In this document: one piece after another, positions 41,245 through 52,956 of the stretch
How positions within the stretch are numbered: the stretch's first letter is position 1
How the letters are laid out: every line of letters starts with the position of its first letter
Source of the DNA: Octopus sinensis
Lineage: Eukaryota
DNA length: 64,000 bases
Direction of reading: 5' to 3'
Assembly (NCBI RefSeq): GCF_006345805.1
Contig: NC_042999.1
Coordinates: 112,592,001 to 112,656,000, forward strand
The notes under the pieces: model-generated
Told to the model about the DNA's origin: nothing
Databases searched by the model: none
The model's input: the letters and a program-made list of their open reading frames with translations, nothing else
Translations under genes and position numbers: made by a program

Positions 41245-41622
41245 TATATAAAATCCATTCTGCCTGTCTGTGTGTGTGTCTTCTAGGATCTTGGGCATCC
41301 TCCATCCAATTGTGCTCAAATTTGATATGTAGATACCAACGGTATCAGAGCATGTATAAGTCTTGAAAAAATTACAAAAAACGATTTCAGGTGAGAATAC
41401 GATCGATAAAGCCGTGAGAACGTGCATTTGTAAAATCACTTTTCTTGGAATAGAAAAAAGTCTATCTTTATTTCTTCTTTTGCTGGTGTCTCAAATTTAG
41501 GTTAAATCAGTGTTTCTCAAAGGGGAGGCCAATGAGAGAGTCGGACAAGTTGTTTTGAGAAAATTTGGTCTTAATGTTTGACAACTCAACACCATCCATT
41601 GGACGGGGTGTATTTTGCTCGT
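41245..41622. mobile_element. HINE/DINE-1-like element, internally deleted relative to 52203-52956
   Basis: tatataaaa followed by a (TCTG/TG)n start; terminal ccatccattggacgg hairpin and CTCGT; aligns with 52203-52956. Confidence 0.6.
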
Positions 41623-41674
41623 ATATATGTGTGTGTGTGTGTGTGTACATATATATGAATCTCTAATGTCTAAA

Positions 41675-42092
41675 ATGTTTCAGCTTCAAAGCTGCAGTCA
41701 TGCTTGGGCACCGCCATTGACTGTGCTATACCATTATTTGAAACCTCCTCTGATATGTGACATTTGGTAAATGAAGGAATATAATGCCACTGCCCTCATC
41801 TGTGTTTCCTGCCAGGAGGTAGGCTCATCTGGAACCCTTCACAGGAAGAGATCCAGTTTTGTTTTGAAGACACTTACATCTATGCCATGTAGGTCTCTCA
41901 GGCATTTTGAAAAGATATTGAAAAGCTCTGGGCCCTCAAAACCCAAGATGTTGCAGTATCTGGTCCTGTATTTTGATGGCGATGCTGGGATCTTTGGCAC
42001 TATAGAGTGGTGCCCAATTCTGCAGTTTGAGTAACTTTCAATGCCAAAGTTTTGTACAAGGCCTTCAGGATTTTCCAGATGTATATTACCGC
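41675..42092 (-). mobile_element. CR1/L2-like LINE 3' end
   Basis: YAVIYIWKIL...GPELFNIFSKCLRDLHGIDVSVFKTKLDLFL*RVPDEP, then a 3' UTR with the tail ggcggtgcccaagcatgactgcagc...gctgaaaca. Confidence 0.8.
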
Positions 42093-42110
42093 ATAATATA
42101 TGTAATATAT

Positions 42111-42199
<89 letters not shown>

Positions 42200-42286
42200 A
42201 GAGTTTACGGAAAAAAACAAAAGACAAAGACAGGTGGTGCAAAAAACAAACAGATGTATTAGTATAAGGCTCAGGAATAGAAAAGT

Positions 42287-42322
42287 CTTTTACGTTTCGA
42301 GTCTACGCTCTTCTACAGAAAG
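42287..42322 (-). ncRNA. Minimal non-canonical hammerhead-like motif (CUGUAGA core)
   Basis: CUUU-CUGUAGA-A-GAGC-GUAG-ACUC-GAA-ACGU-A-AAAG; 4-bp stem I, palindromic ACGU stem III, GUA triplet. Confidence 0.55.
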
Positions 42323-42956
42323 GGACACAGAAAACAAGGAGAGAAAAAAATGTTTGTAGTGGCTAACTTCGAGTATATAATATCAACTTTTTACTGTTTG
42401 TCCTAATTATAACATATATTATATCATCATCATCATCGTTTAACGTCCGTTTTCCATGCTAGCATGGGTTGAATGGTTCGACTGGGGTCCGGGAAGCCAG
42501 ACGGCTGCACCAGGCTCCAGTCTGATCTGGCAGTGTTTCTACAGCTGGATGCCCTTCCTAACTCCAACCACTCCATGAGTGTAGTGGGTGCTTTTTACGT
42601 GCCACTGGCACAGGGGCCTGAGGAGGCTGACAACAGCCATGATCGGTTTGTGCATTTTACATACCACTGGCACATAATCCAGTCAAGGTGGCACTGGCAT
42701 CGGCCATGTTTGGATGGTGCTTTTTATGTGCCACCAGTACAGGTATCACAACTACAATTTCCATTTCACAACTACAATTTCCATATATATCATATATATT
42801 ATATATATATATAATATATATATATATTATATATATATATATATTATATATAATATATATATATAGGGAGAGTTTACGGAAAAAAACAAAAGACAAAGAC
42901 AGGTGGTGCAAAAAACAAACAGATGTATTAGTATAAGGCTCAGGAATAGAAAAAGT

Positions 42957-42992
42957 CTTTTACGTTTCGAGTCTACGCTCTTCTACAGAAAG
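42957..42992 (-). ncRNA. Duplicate of the motif at 42287-42322
   Basis: Identical sequence in the second tandem unit. Confidence 0.55.
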
Positions 42993-43672
42993 GGACACAG
43001 AAAACAAGGAGAGAAAAAAATGTTTGTAGTGGCTAACTTCGAGTATATAATATCAACTTTTTACTGTTTGTCCTAAATTATAACATATATATATATCATC
43101 ATCATCATCGTTTAACGTCCGTTTTCCATGCTAGCATGGGTTGAATGGTTCGACTGGGGTCCGGGAAGCCAGACGGCTGCACCAGGCTCCAGTCTGATCT
43201 GGCAGTGTTTCTACAGCTGGATGCCCTTCCTAACTCCAACCACTCCATGAGTGTAGTGGGTGCTTTTTACGTGCCACTGGCACAGGGGCCTGAGGAGGCT
43301 GACAACAGCCATGATCGGTTTGTGCATTTTACATACCACTGGCACATAATCCAGTCAAGGTGGCACTGGCATCGGCCATGTTTGGATGGTGCTTTTTATG
43401 TGCCACCAGTACAGGTATCACAACTACAATTTCCATTTCACAACTACAATTTCCATATATATCATATATATTATATATATATATAGACCTGTCTACTGGA
43501 TGTTGTTATACATCACTGGTCATAATGTGCTTATGAGGAAGGGAAAACCTTAGATACAAAACAGAGGGGAAAATGGTGATGATCTGCTGCAGCATTATCT
43601 GATCTGTTATGTTGGTAGAAGTTGGGATTCAAGAACTAAAAATGTAGTCTAGGAAGTGAGTTTGTATGTGCG

Positions 43673-44316
43673 GTGTTACAAAGTGGGATATAAACAAAAA
43701 TTTCTTGTGTATTTATGTAGAAGTTGTCACTTTTGGTAGGATGGGAAGGTTAATTCACTATGCTAAAAGGCATTTGCTTGTATATAAATCACAGTACCTA
43801 TGTATAAGAGATAAATATAGAAGAGATTGACAAAGAAACTCGGAGAGATTTTTGCCTGATGTACTTATACACACATGGCCACGTTGGGGACTGTATAAAT
43901 ATACAAAGTTTTTATGAGCAAAAAACAAAGCCAGTGAGAGAGGATAGGAGAGAGAATGTTGATATATTGTAATACTGAGAGATTTAAGAATTGAAATATA
44001 TTTATCTAAATATATATATACACACATACCTACATACCTATATATATATATAGATATATATCATCATCATTTAACGTTTGTTGTCCACACTGACATGGGT
44101 TGGACTGTTTGACTTGAGCTGGCAAAGCCGGGGAGTTGCACCAGGCTCGAGTCTGATTTGGCATGGTTTCTATGGCCAACCACTTTACAGAATATTTTGG
44201 GTGCTTTTACATGGCACCATACGGGCACTTTTGAGGGGCACTGCACAGGCGCTTTTATGTGGCACCACATGGGCACTTTTGTATGAGGCACCACGTAAAA
44301 ACGTCCATGCAGTGCA

Positions 44317-44396
<80 letters not shown>

Positions 44397-45022
44397 GTAT
44401 ACACGCACGCACATACAAAAGTGCCCATGCGGTGCCACATAAAAGCGCATGTGCAGTGCCCCTCAAAAGTGCCCGTATGGTGCCATGTAAAAGCACCCAA
44501 AATATTCTGTAAAGTGGTTGGCCATAGAAACCATGCCAATCAGACTCGAGCCTGGTGCAACTCCCCGGCTTTGCCAGCTCAAGTCAAACAGTCCAACCCA
44601 TGTCAGTGTGGACAACAAACGTTAAATGATGATGATATATATCTATATATATATATAGGTATGTAGGTATGTGTGTATATATATATTTAGATAAATATAT
44701 TTCAATTCTTAAATCTCTCAGTATTACAATATATCAACATTCTCTCTCCTCTCCTCTCTCACTGGCTTTGTTTATTGCTCATAAAAACTTTGTATATTTA
44801 TACAGTCCCCAACGTGGCCATGTGTGTATAAGTACATCAGGCAAAAATCTCTCCGAGTTTCTTTGTCAATCTCTTCTATATTTATCTCTTATACATATTA
44901 CTGTGATTTATATACAAGCAAATGCCTTTTAGCATAGTGAATTAACCTTCCCATCCTACCAAAAGTGACAACTTCTACATAAATACACAAGAAATTTTTG
45001 TTTATATACCACTTTGTAACAC
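43673..45022. repeat. 1.35-kb fold-back palindrome with ~610-bp arms around a (TA)n-containing spacer
   Basis: 43673-44284 is the reverse complement of 44412-45022 with only scattered differences. Confidence 0.95.
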
Positions 45023-45099
45023 TGTTCTCGTTCTGTTAACGTTTTGGCGTTCAGACGAGTGTACTGGCATAGATGTAGCAACATTTGAAATATTGTCGA

Positions 45100-45181
45100 G
45101 GTATATGCAGCTGATGAAGATAAATCAAATATACGTTGGCAAACGTATTTTGAAGAATCTGAAACCGGTACTGCCATATCC
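45100..45181 (+). ncRNA. Canonical type I hammerhead ribozyme motif with extended stem II
   Basis: Stem I ATAT-GCAG (45103-45110) pairs with CTGC-c-ATAT (45171-45179); CTGATGA at 45111-45117; stem II AGAT/ATCT plus inner helix TCAAATATACGTT/AACGTATTTTGA with a GGCA loop; GAAA at 45161-45164; palindromic ACCGGT stem III; cleavage predicted after A45170 (GUA). Confidence 0.9.
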
Positions 45182-45719
45182 GTTTCTAGGTTTTTCATTT
45201 TTCAGATGTTCTTCCTAGAGGTAAGACAATTTTTTTCATGTTTGTTGCACACACGCATCTTTATTAGTACATACGCAGTGAAGCTATACATTAGCGTCGT
45301 ATTTATTACGAGCAGGTGGTGCTCTTACAGATGAATCCCAACTGGAAAGGATCAACATTACCGGAGGACCTGTTTTTTCTTTATATCACAAATTAAGGCA
45401 GTAAATTCAAGGAAATTTGTTCGTGAGGCACTTCTTACCTTAGGAAAATCAAGCATGGAAACATTGGTTCATCACATCTGATAAGTGTTGCAGTGAAGTT
45501 CCAGGAAGCAAATCAAATTTAAACTATATTTCTGAAGCCTTAAACGTGTATCGGTGGAGCAGGGTATTGAAAGGTCACTTCAGCTTTTTTAAAACGTAAT
45601 TATGTATGAAACTAACGTAGTTTTAAACTATTCAAAGGTACGTAGGTGTTTTTTGACAATGTTCAGGAAGTTAATCAGGTAGCCGCCCTTTACCAAAGTA
45701 CTTATGTTTTAAGTTTGAT

Positions 45720-45880
45720 ATTTATTGTGTCAGTCTGTTTTTACCTACGTTCTGAGTTCAAATTGCGCCGAGGTCTGCTTTGCCTTTCATCCTTTCGGAG
45801 TCGATAAAATAAGTACCATTTGATTACTGGGGTTGATGTTATCGATTTAATCCCTCTCCGAAATTGCAGAACCTTGAACC
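45720..45880 (+). mobile_element. SINE family A, partial
   Basis: tacgttctgagttcaaattgcgccgaggtctgctttgcctttcatcctttcggagtcg. Confidence 0.8.
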
Positions 45881-45949
45881 AAAATTTGAAACCAATATTA
45901 TCAAGCGCATTTAAAGTTCATGCGAAACTGTTGGTAACATATATATTAG

Positions 45950-46220
45950 GCACGTGGCACCTTCGGCAAGTGTCTTCTACTATAGCCTCGAGCCGACCAA
46001 AGCCTTGTGAGTAGATTTGGTAGACGGAAACTGAAAGAAGCTCGTCATGTGTGTGTGTGTGTGCACCATCACTTGACAAACGTCCCCGTAACTTGACGGT
46101 TTGGGAATAGAGACCGATAGAAAAGTACTAGGCTTACAAAGATTAAGTCCTGGGATCGACTTGTTCAACTAAAGGCAGTGCTCCAGCATGGCCGCAGTCA
46201 AATGACTGAAACCAATAAAA
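45950..46220 (+). mobile_element. SINE family B, 5'-truncated
   Basis: gtggcaccttcggcaagtgtcttctactatagcctcg ... ccagcatggccgcagtcaaatgactgaaacc tail. Confidence 0.85.
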
Positions 46221-46229
46221 GAATATATA

Positions 46230-46406
46230 TGTGTGGGGGGTGTATACTTACATTCACACACTCATACACATATATACATAGACATAAGCATATCCACACA
46301 TACACATATACCCACACATGCATGCATATTAAAATTAAGATGTGCACTTCTCAAGATATGTATATCGCTATTCATATACATACATACAGGTACTACACAC
46401 ATACAT

Positions 46407-46491
<85 letters not shown>

Positions 46492-46565
46492 GCACGCACA
46501 CTCTCTTTCTCTCTCTCACGCTCACACGTGCACATATATGTACACAGTAACACACACGCGCGCGC

Positions 46566-46596
<31 letters not shown>

Positions 46597-46942
46597 AATC
46601 AACTCACATAAGCAATCAAATAAAAATACAAACCTAAGAACTAGCAGCAACAACAACAGCTACAACTATAAAAATCCGCCAAAAAACAAAGTGCTGCTAA
46701 TTAAGTAGACAAAGAACTAAAAACACATCACACTATTCTTCCTATTGAATGATATCAAAGAAGAATGTGGTCCTGGCTTTTGACAAAAGTTATTTACACA
46801 GACCAAAGCCTTTAAGGTACATCACCAACTGAATGACAGCAAATTAGCTTTAAGTTACTCATTATGGTGATGGATTTAACTAAACTCACCTATACGCGTA
46901 TAAATATATACATACATACGAACATATAATATATATACATAC

Positions 46943-46982
<40 letters not shown>

Positions 46983-48130
46983 ATTCATACATGAATATAT
47001 ACATAGATAATCACATTCGTAAACGTATACATTCATACGCTCCTCGTATACATAGGTGCACACAAATGTACAAATTAATCATATGTACGTACAATATTAC
47101 TCACACATTATGCTACCGTGTAATGATGAACATCACAACACAACAAAGACATCTTGCAAACATATAAACGCATTCATGCACCCATCGTGCAAACGCACAC
47201 ACGCATACATACACATATATGTGTGTGTAAAGATATATATACATGTATGTATGTATGTGTATATATATATATATACATATACATGTATATATGTATGTGC
47301 GTGTGAGTGTATTCATATATGTGTGTGTTATTCATATATGTGTGTGTATAGATAGAGATACATACATACATACACACATACATGCATGTCATGCATATAA
47401 ACATATTTTGTGCACTCACATTCACGTACACACCACAGAGCATGTATGCACGTACATTATGCATGCACAATTTGCATACATATATTATACACACACCTAC
47501 ATGAATGCATACACACATATATTCACATACACGTACACACACTGCACACATGCATATAAGACCACCACCAGTTTTCTCGGATTTGGGGTTATAAACTAAC
47601 ACACACACAGGCATATCATATCACACACATACACACCGTATAACCTCACACTCACATATACACACACACTACATGCACTACTGGTGCACACTGAAACACA
47701 CTGGCACATACATTCACACATGCATGCGTGTACGCACATACACAAACATAAGCGCATGCACACACACATACACACAAGCATAGATATACAAATACATGCA
47801 CACACATGTACACGTAGACATACACGCAAGCAGAAAAACGTGAATATATATATACACTCATATACGACACACATACACACCACATGCACTCCCACTCACA
47901 ACACACACACACATACTCACACGTTCACGTGCTCGCACAGAAATATATAGACACATGCACCATACTTGAACACACTCACACATATGCGTGCACACTTAAA
48001 CACACACATATTTGCACATACTTATATATACTCATACACATTCACACTACATGTATGCACTCACATATATACGTAGCATATGTGCACGTACATACATGCG
48101 CGCGCGCACGCACTTATACACATACTTAAG
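46230..48130. repeat. (CA)n/(TA)n/(TG)n low-complexity block
   Basis: Visible degenerate microsatellites. Confidence 0.85.
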
Positions 48131-48444
48131 AATAAAGTAAGCAAATGGATCCACATCGGTTTCGTGATGCATATTCAATTGTTCAATCAGCTGAACTACA
48201 AACTCGTTGAGTATTGCAAGAACCATTGTGACACCCTATGTGGAAAAGCTGAACCAGAGAATTACGAGTACAATCCACCCGATGGACATCTTTACTGTTT
48301 CAATTCTACTCACAAAGCTTTGATTAACCATGAGTTACGCTAAAATGCTAAAATGTCCAAGATGCTAGACAGTCGGATTGAAACCGGGACCTCGTAATTG
48401 CAAAGCAAAGGCTACATTCACACACACATACACACACTAATTCT

Positions 48445-48922
48445 GTACTAAGACGGTCGTGTAACAATCCAGAAAATTGCTCATGTAGTGGGAATAAGCA
48501 CTGGATCAGTGCATTCCATCTTAACGAAGAATTTGTGCAAACGGAGAGTGTCGGCGAAATTCGTCCCTAAAGTGCCGGCAGATCAGCAGAAGCAATCCGT
48601 ACGGAAATCGCTCAGGACATGTTGTACTGTGCAAACCACGGCCCAGATTTCATAAGGAGGATCATCACTAGAGATAAGACATGGGATTATGGTTCTTGAT
48701 CAATGCATTCGGTCACCTTGCGTGAAAACGAAAGTCCGACAAAAACGCACTATAGGTCTATATCCTGGGCGTAACAGCCGGGAACTGACGTGACCTACCG
48801 GCGCAAAAGTTTTCACGCATGCGCAAGGAAAGTGGTATTATCTCCCACCGAAAGGATTTTCCCCACGTGGAATTAGTTTTGGCGGGGAAAAATAAAGTCT
48901 GATACATTTTCAACGCACCTCG
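48445..48922 (+). mobile_element. Internally deleted mariner remnant
   Basis: DGRVTIQKIAHVVGISTGSVHSILTKNLCKRRVSAKFVPKV...RIITRDKTW; probable 3' TIR ...ttttcaacgcacctcg followed by TA. Confidence 0.8.
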
Positions 48923-48957
48923 TATGTGTGTCTATGTACGAATTCGGAAATATCAAA

Positions 48958-49017
<60 letters not shown>

Positions 49018-49237
49018 GCGTGTGTGTGTGCGTGCGTGCGCGTGTGTGTGTGAGAGAGTATTTGTATATGTGTGTATGCGTGTACGTATGTATGCTTTGG
49101 TGGGTGAACGAAGTATCTTCGGTTGTGGGCATATCTGAATATGTGTATGCAGGTGTATATGTGTGTATGTTTGTAAGAGTATACAAGGTATATGTACATG
49201 TGTATACATGTATATATGCGTATATAAAAAATATATG

Positions 49238-49550
49238 CGTCGGTTACGATGACGAGGGTCCCAGCTGATACGATCAACAGAACAGCTTGCTCGTGAAATT
49301 AACGTGCAAGTGGCTGAGATTTCCACAGGCACGTGAGCCCTTAACGTAGTTCTCAGGGAGATTCAGCGTGACACAGAGTGTGATAAGGCTAGACCTTTGA
49401 AACACATATACTTCTCGCTTTTGCCAGCTGAGTGGACTGGAGCAATGTGAAATAAAGTGTCTTGCTGAAGGTCACAGCGCGTCGCCGGGAATTGAACTCA
49501 CGACTTTACGATCGTAAGCCGAATGCCCCTAACCACTAAGCCACGCGCCT
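49238..49550 (-). mobile_element. Third tRNA-derived SINE family
   Basis: Head ggcgcgtggcttagtggttagggg...gtcgtgagttcaattcccggc (A- and B-box-like), followed by a central gaccttcagcaagacactttatttcacattgctccagtccactcagc domain. Confidence 0.75.
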
Positions 49551-50765
49551 TCATTATATTCGTATATGTATGTATGTGTGTATGTGTGACGTTGTTGCTG
49601 TTTTTATAGCTATTTCCATATAAACCAATTGTATTCTGTCTCTGGATAATGGTTTCTATTCCATATAAATTGATTTGTCAATTCAATCAAAATTTTCTTA
49701 AACTACAAGTTCTAAAAGAGCAACAATTGCATCTCTGGAACTTTGAATCAGTAACTGCATTTTATCTACCAAAATGATATTACCAATACACTCACAAACA
49801 TGTACACATACGTATATTCACACTTCTCCATGTGACGATGTAAACAACTAAAGGTTATTGGACCTGAGGATTAGCTAAAAGGTTTTTGTATGTGTTACGA
49901 GTTATATAAGACGAAGTTTAGCAACGAAACATATGTAGACTTATTTACCTTTTCCATTACTTGCATATTTAACAATTTCCGATGCTACTGCGCTAGTTCG
50001 ATATGGGACGAAGCGTAAAACATACAACAGTTATTTTTTACCATACATGCATGAAAATACGCACATAAAGCAAAACATACAAATCTGCACATATGCATAC
50101 ATACATACTTATATACATTTAGTTAGACAGACAGATAGACATGCAGACAAACAAGAAGAAGTATGTAGCGTTATGTGTGTGTGTGTGCATATACATACAT
50201 ATATATATGCACACATACACGCGCGCATACACTTCCTCTGAGGAAGGAGATGGTTTCTGACAAAGACACAAAGCTCCGTCGCTGGACTGTAGATAACAGA
50301 AACAATGCAACATTTAAAACTTGAAAAAGTATTGAATATTTTACTATTCCACTTACAAATTGCATTTGTTATGTGCGAGTTGATTTCCTTTTCTGAAAAT
50401 CCAAGCTTACATAGATTGTCGCCTAAGAACGTATATCAATTATTATTGGCATAAATGTGAATTTATAACCTGGACTTAGAAGCTGGAGGTTTCGATGCAG
50501 TTGTCCATATTTATCGTCTTTTTCTTTGATTTTCAAAGACATATTCACATCAGTAAGACAGCTGGCTTCTAAGACGCTGCATACTTCTTGTTTGCCTGCA
50601 TGTCTATGTATGTATGTGTGTGTCTATGTATGTATGTATGTACGTATGTATGTATGTATGAATGAATGTATGTATGCATGCATGCATATGTGCAGATTTG
50701 CACATTTTGCTTTACGTACGTATTCTCATGCATATAGTTGCATATCTAGACATGCTCATATATAT

Positions 50766-51365
50766 TTAAATGATAAACTTCTGGAAAGTTATACAGATTT
50801 TTACAGTTCCAGTGATGGGCTGGATCCTTCGTATTAGCTTTCTCCTTTCTGATCTTGAGAAACCTAATTTCTCAAAATTGGTATTTAGACATTGTGTAAC
50901 ATATCCCAGGGCCCCAATAATTACAAGTATAAACCTGAATTTGTAATCTGGATAGAGTACCTGCAGATTTCTCAATAGTTCAGCATAGTTGTTCTCTCTT
51001 TCACTGATCTTCGGCTTTATGTTAACATCCGCTGGGCGGCTAATTTCCACAACTTTGCAGTTTTTCTTCTCTATCCCAAATCATTATATCAGATCTGTTG
51101 TGCTTACATTTTATTAAGGTCTTCACTGGTGCATTCCACCAGTATTCCTTGTTATTATGTGTGGCTATGGCTTCTACCATATTGTGGGTTCTTATTTCTT
51201 TGTCCTCAGAATTATCCTTCCGACGGATTTCATTATAGAGTGCCCTAGCTACAATATCATGATTCATCGGTAGATAATACCATGTTGACATTTCCGGGCA
51301 ACTGCTTATGATGTGCGTGATATCTTCAGTGTGAACTCCACAAAGTCAGCATCGGTTGTCGAATG
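50766..51365 (-). mobile_element. RLE-type LINE 3' fragment (CCHC zinc knuckle plus endonuclease)
   Basis: C..CGVHTEDITHIISSCPEMST..Y...HDIVAR; HNRSDIMIWD; EISRPAD...NYAELLRNL...IIGALG. Confidence 0.9.
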
Positions 51366-51606
51366 TATGTATGTATGTATACATGATGCTTTACAGTATT
51401 TAGTATCGCTTTATAGTATATAGTATCGCAAAATAAAGTGACTATAACAATACCAGTCTCTATCATGACACTGAATTTCTACGTCTCTGAAATTTTCTTT
51501 GCAAGGGACATGACTCTTGCTAATTATTAGCCGTCCAAGGGAAAGTACTGCTAGATAAGCTTCTGAGATCAGCCTACTTCATTGGTATAATATAATACAT
51601 AATATA

Positions 51607-52008
51607 TACTCTTTACTTGTTTCAGTCATTTGACTGTGGCCATGCTGGAGCACCGCCTTTAGTCGAGCAAATCGACCCCAGGACTTATTCTTTGTAGGCC
51701 TAGTACTTATTCTGTCGGTCTCTTTTGCTGAACCGCTAAGTTACGGGGACGTAAACACACCAGTATCGGTTGTCAAGCGATGTTGTGGGGGGACAAACAC
51801 AGACACACTAATATATACACACACATGCATATATATACATACATATACATATATATGACAGGCTTCTTTCAGTTTCCGTCTTCCAAATCCACTCACAAGG
51901 CTTTGGTCGGCCCGAGGCTATAGTAGAAGACACTTACCCAAGGTGCCACGCAGTGGGACTGAACCCAGAACCATGTGGTTCATAAGCAAGCTACTTACCA
52001 CACAGCCG
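51607..52008 (-). mobile_element. SINE family B, near-full, low divergence
   Basis: Tail tactctttacttgtttcagtcatttgactgtggcc through head ...gctacttaccacacagcc. Confidence 0.85.
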
Positions 52009-52108
52009 GTGTATATATAGTTGAAATTTACAGAAAAACAAAAGATGAAGACAAGTGTATAAGAAACAAACAGGTATATTAGTTTAACGCTCGGGAAGGT
52101 GAGAAAGT

Positions 52109-52144
52109 ATTCTACGTTTCGAGCCTACGCTCTTCAAGAGAAAG
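52109..52144 (-). ncRNA. Third copy of the non-canonical hammerhead-like family, in a ~185-bp element at 52012-52196
   Basis: CUUU-CUCUUGA-A-GAGC-GUAG-GCUC-GAA-ACGU-A-GAAU; perfect stem II, core further mutated. Confidence 0.45.
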
Positions 52145-52202
52145 GAACACGAGGAAGTAAACAGAGAATAAAAAAACTTTTGGAGCTAGCGGTCAGTCAT
52201 AC

Positions 52203-52233
52203 ATCTATTATATAAAATTTGTTCTGTCTGTGT

Positions 52234-52293
<60 letters not shown>

Positions 52294-52956
52294 TTCTAGG
52301 ATCTCGGGCATCCTCCATCCGATTGCGCTCAAATTTGATATGTAGATACCGACGATATCAGGGCGTGTATAAGTCTTGAAAAAATTACAAAAATCGATTC
52401 CAGGTGAGAATGCGCTCGATAAAGCCGTGGGAACGTGCATTTGCATGCGCAAGTACATCAGCTGTTGCGATCGATACTACGCGTACGCGAGAAAAATGCA
52501 CGTGCAGTTTGCGCAAAAAAATCATCATGCCTTTCCATCTAGATTTACCTCCAGCTAACCCATTTGCATGCATCATTTTTGTCCTGCTTTCCTTCCGTCA
52601 ACCTGTACATAACTGCACCTTCCATTTTTTGTTGTTTTTGTACTGCTTAAAGGCACGTTTCTTTCCTGTCAAGCTTACTGTTTAAACCATGTTTGTGTTC
52701 TCCCAGTCAACAGCCTTATCATTACTGGTACTTTAAACTCTTCGGTTGCATATTTGTGTGAATAAAATCGTTTTTCTTTGAAATAGAAAAAAAGTCTATC
52801 TTTATTTCTTCTTTTGTTGGTGTCTCAAATTTAGGTTAAATCAGTGTTTCTCAAAGGGGAGTCCTATGGGACGGTCGGACAAGTTGTTTGGAGAAAATAT
52901 AGTTTAAATGTTTGACAACTCAGCACCGTCCATTGGACGGGGGGCGTTGTGCTCGT
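52203..52956. mobile_element. HINE/DINE-1-like non-autonomous Helentron-type element
   Basis: ATCTATTATATAAAA start, (TG)n tract, perfect terminal hairpin CCGTCCA-T-TGGACGG (52926-52940) and CTCGT end. Confidence 0.6.

Larger units (their letters stand above)
42197..43485. repeat. Tandem duplication of a ~669-bp unit (2 copies)
   Basis: gggagagtttacgg starts at 42197 and 42866. The units are near-identical, and each has a hammerhead-like element plus an RTE 3' UTR fragment. Confidence 0.95.

Noticed and set aside
50238-50270. CTGAGGA-A-GGAG-atggt-TTCT-GACA
   Set aside because: GAAA is absent, and there is no stem I or stem III.
50476-50572. Nested hairpins (TTAGAAGC/GCTTCTAA and TCTTTGA/TCAAAGA) with CUGAUGU and GAAA on the minus strand
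   Set aside because: The core boxes are out of register with the helices and stem III cannot form, so a hammerhead is not supported.
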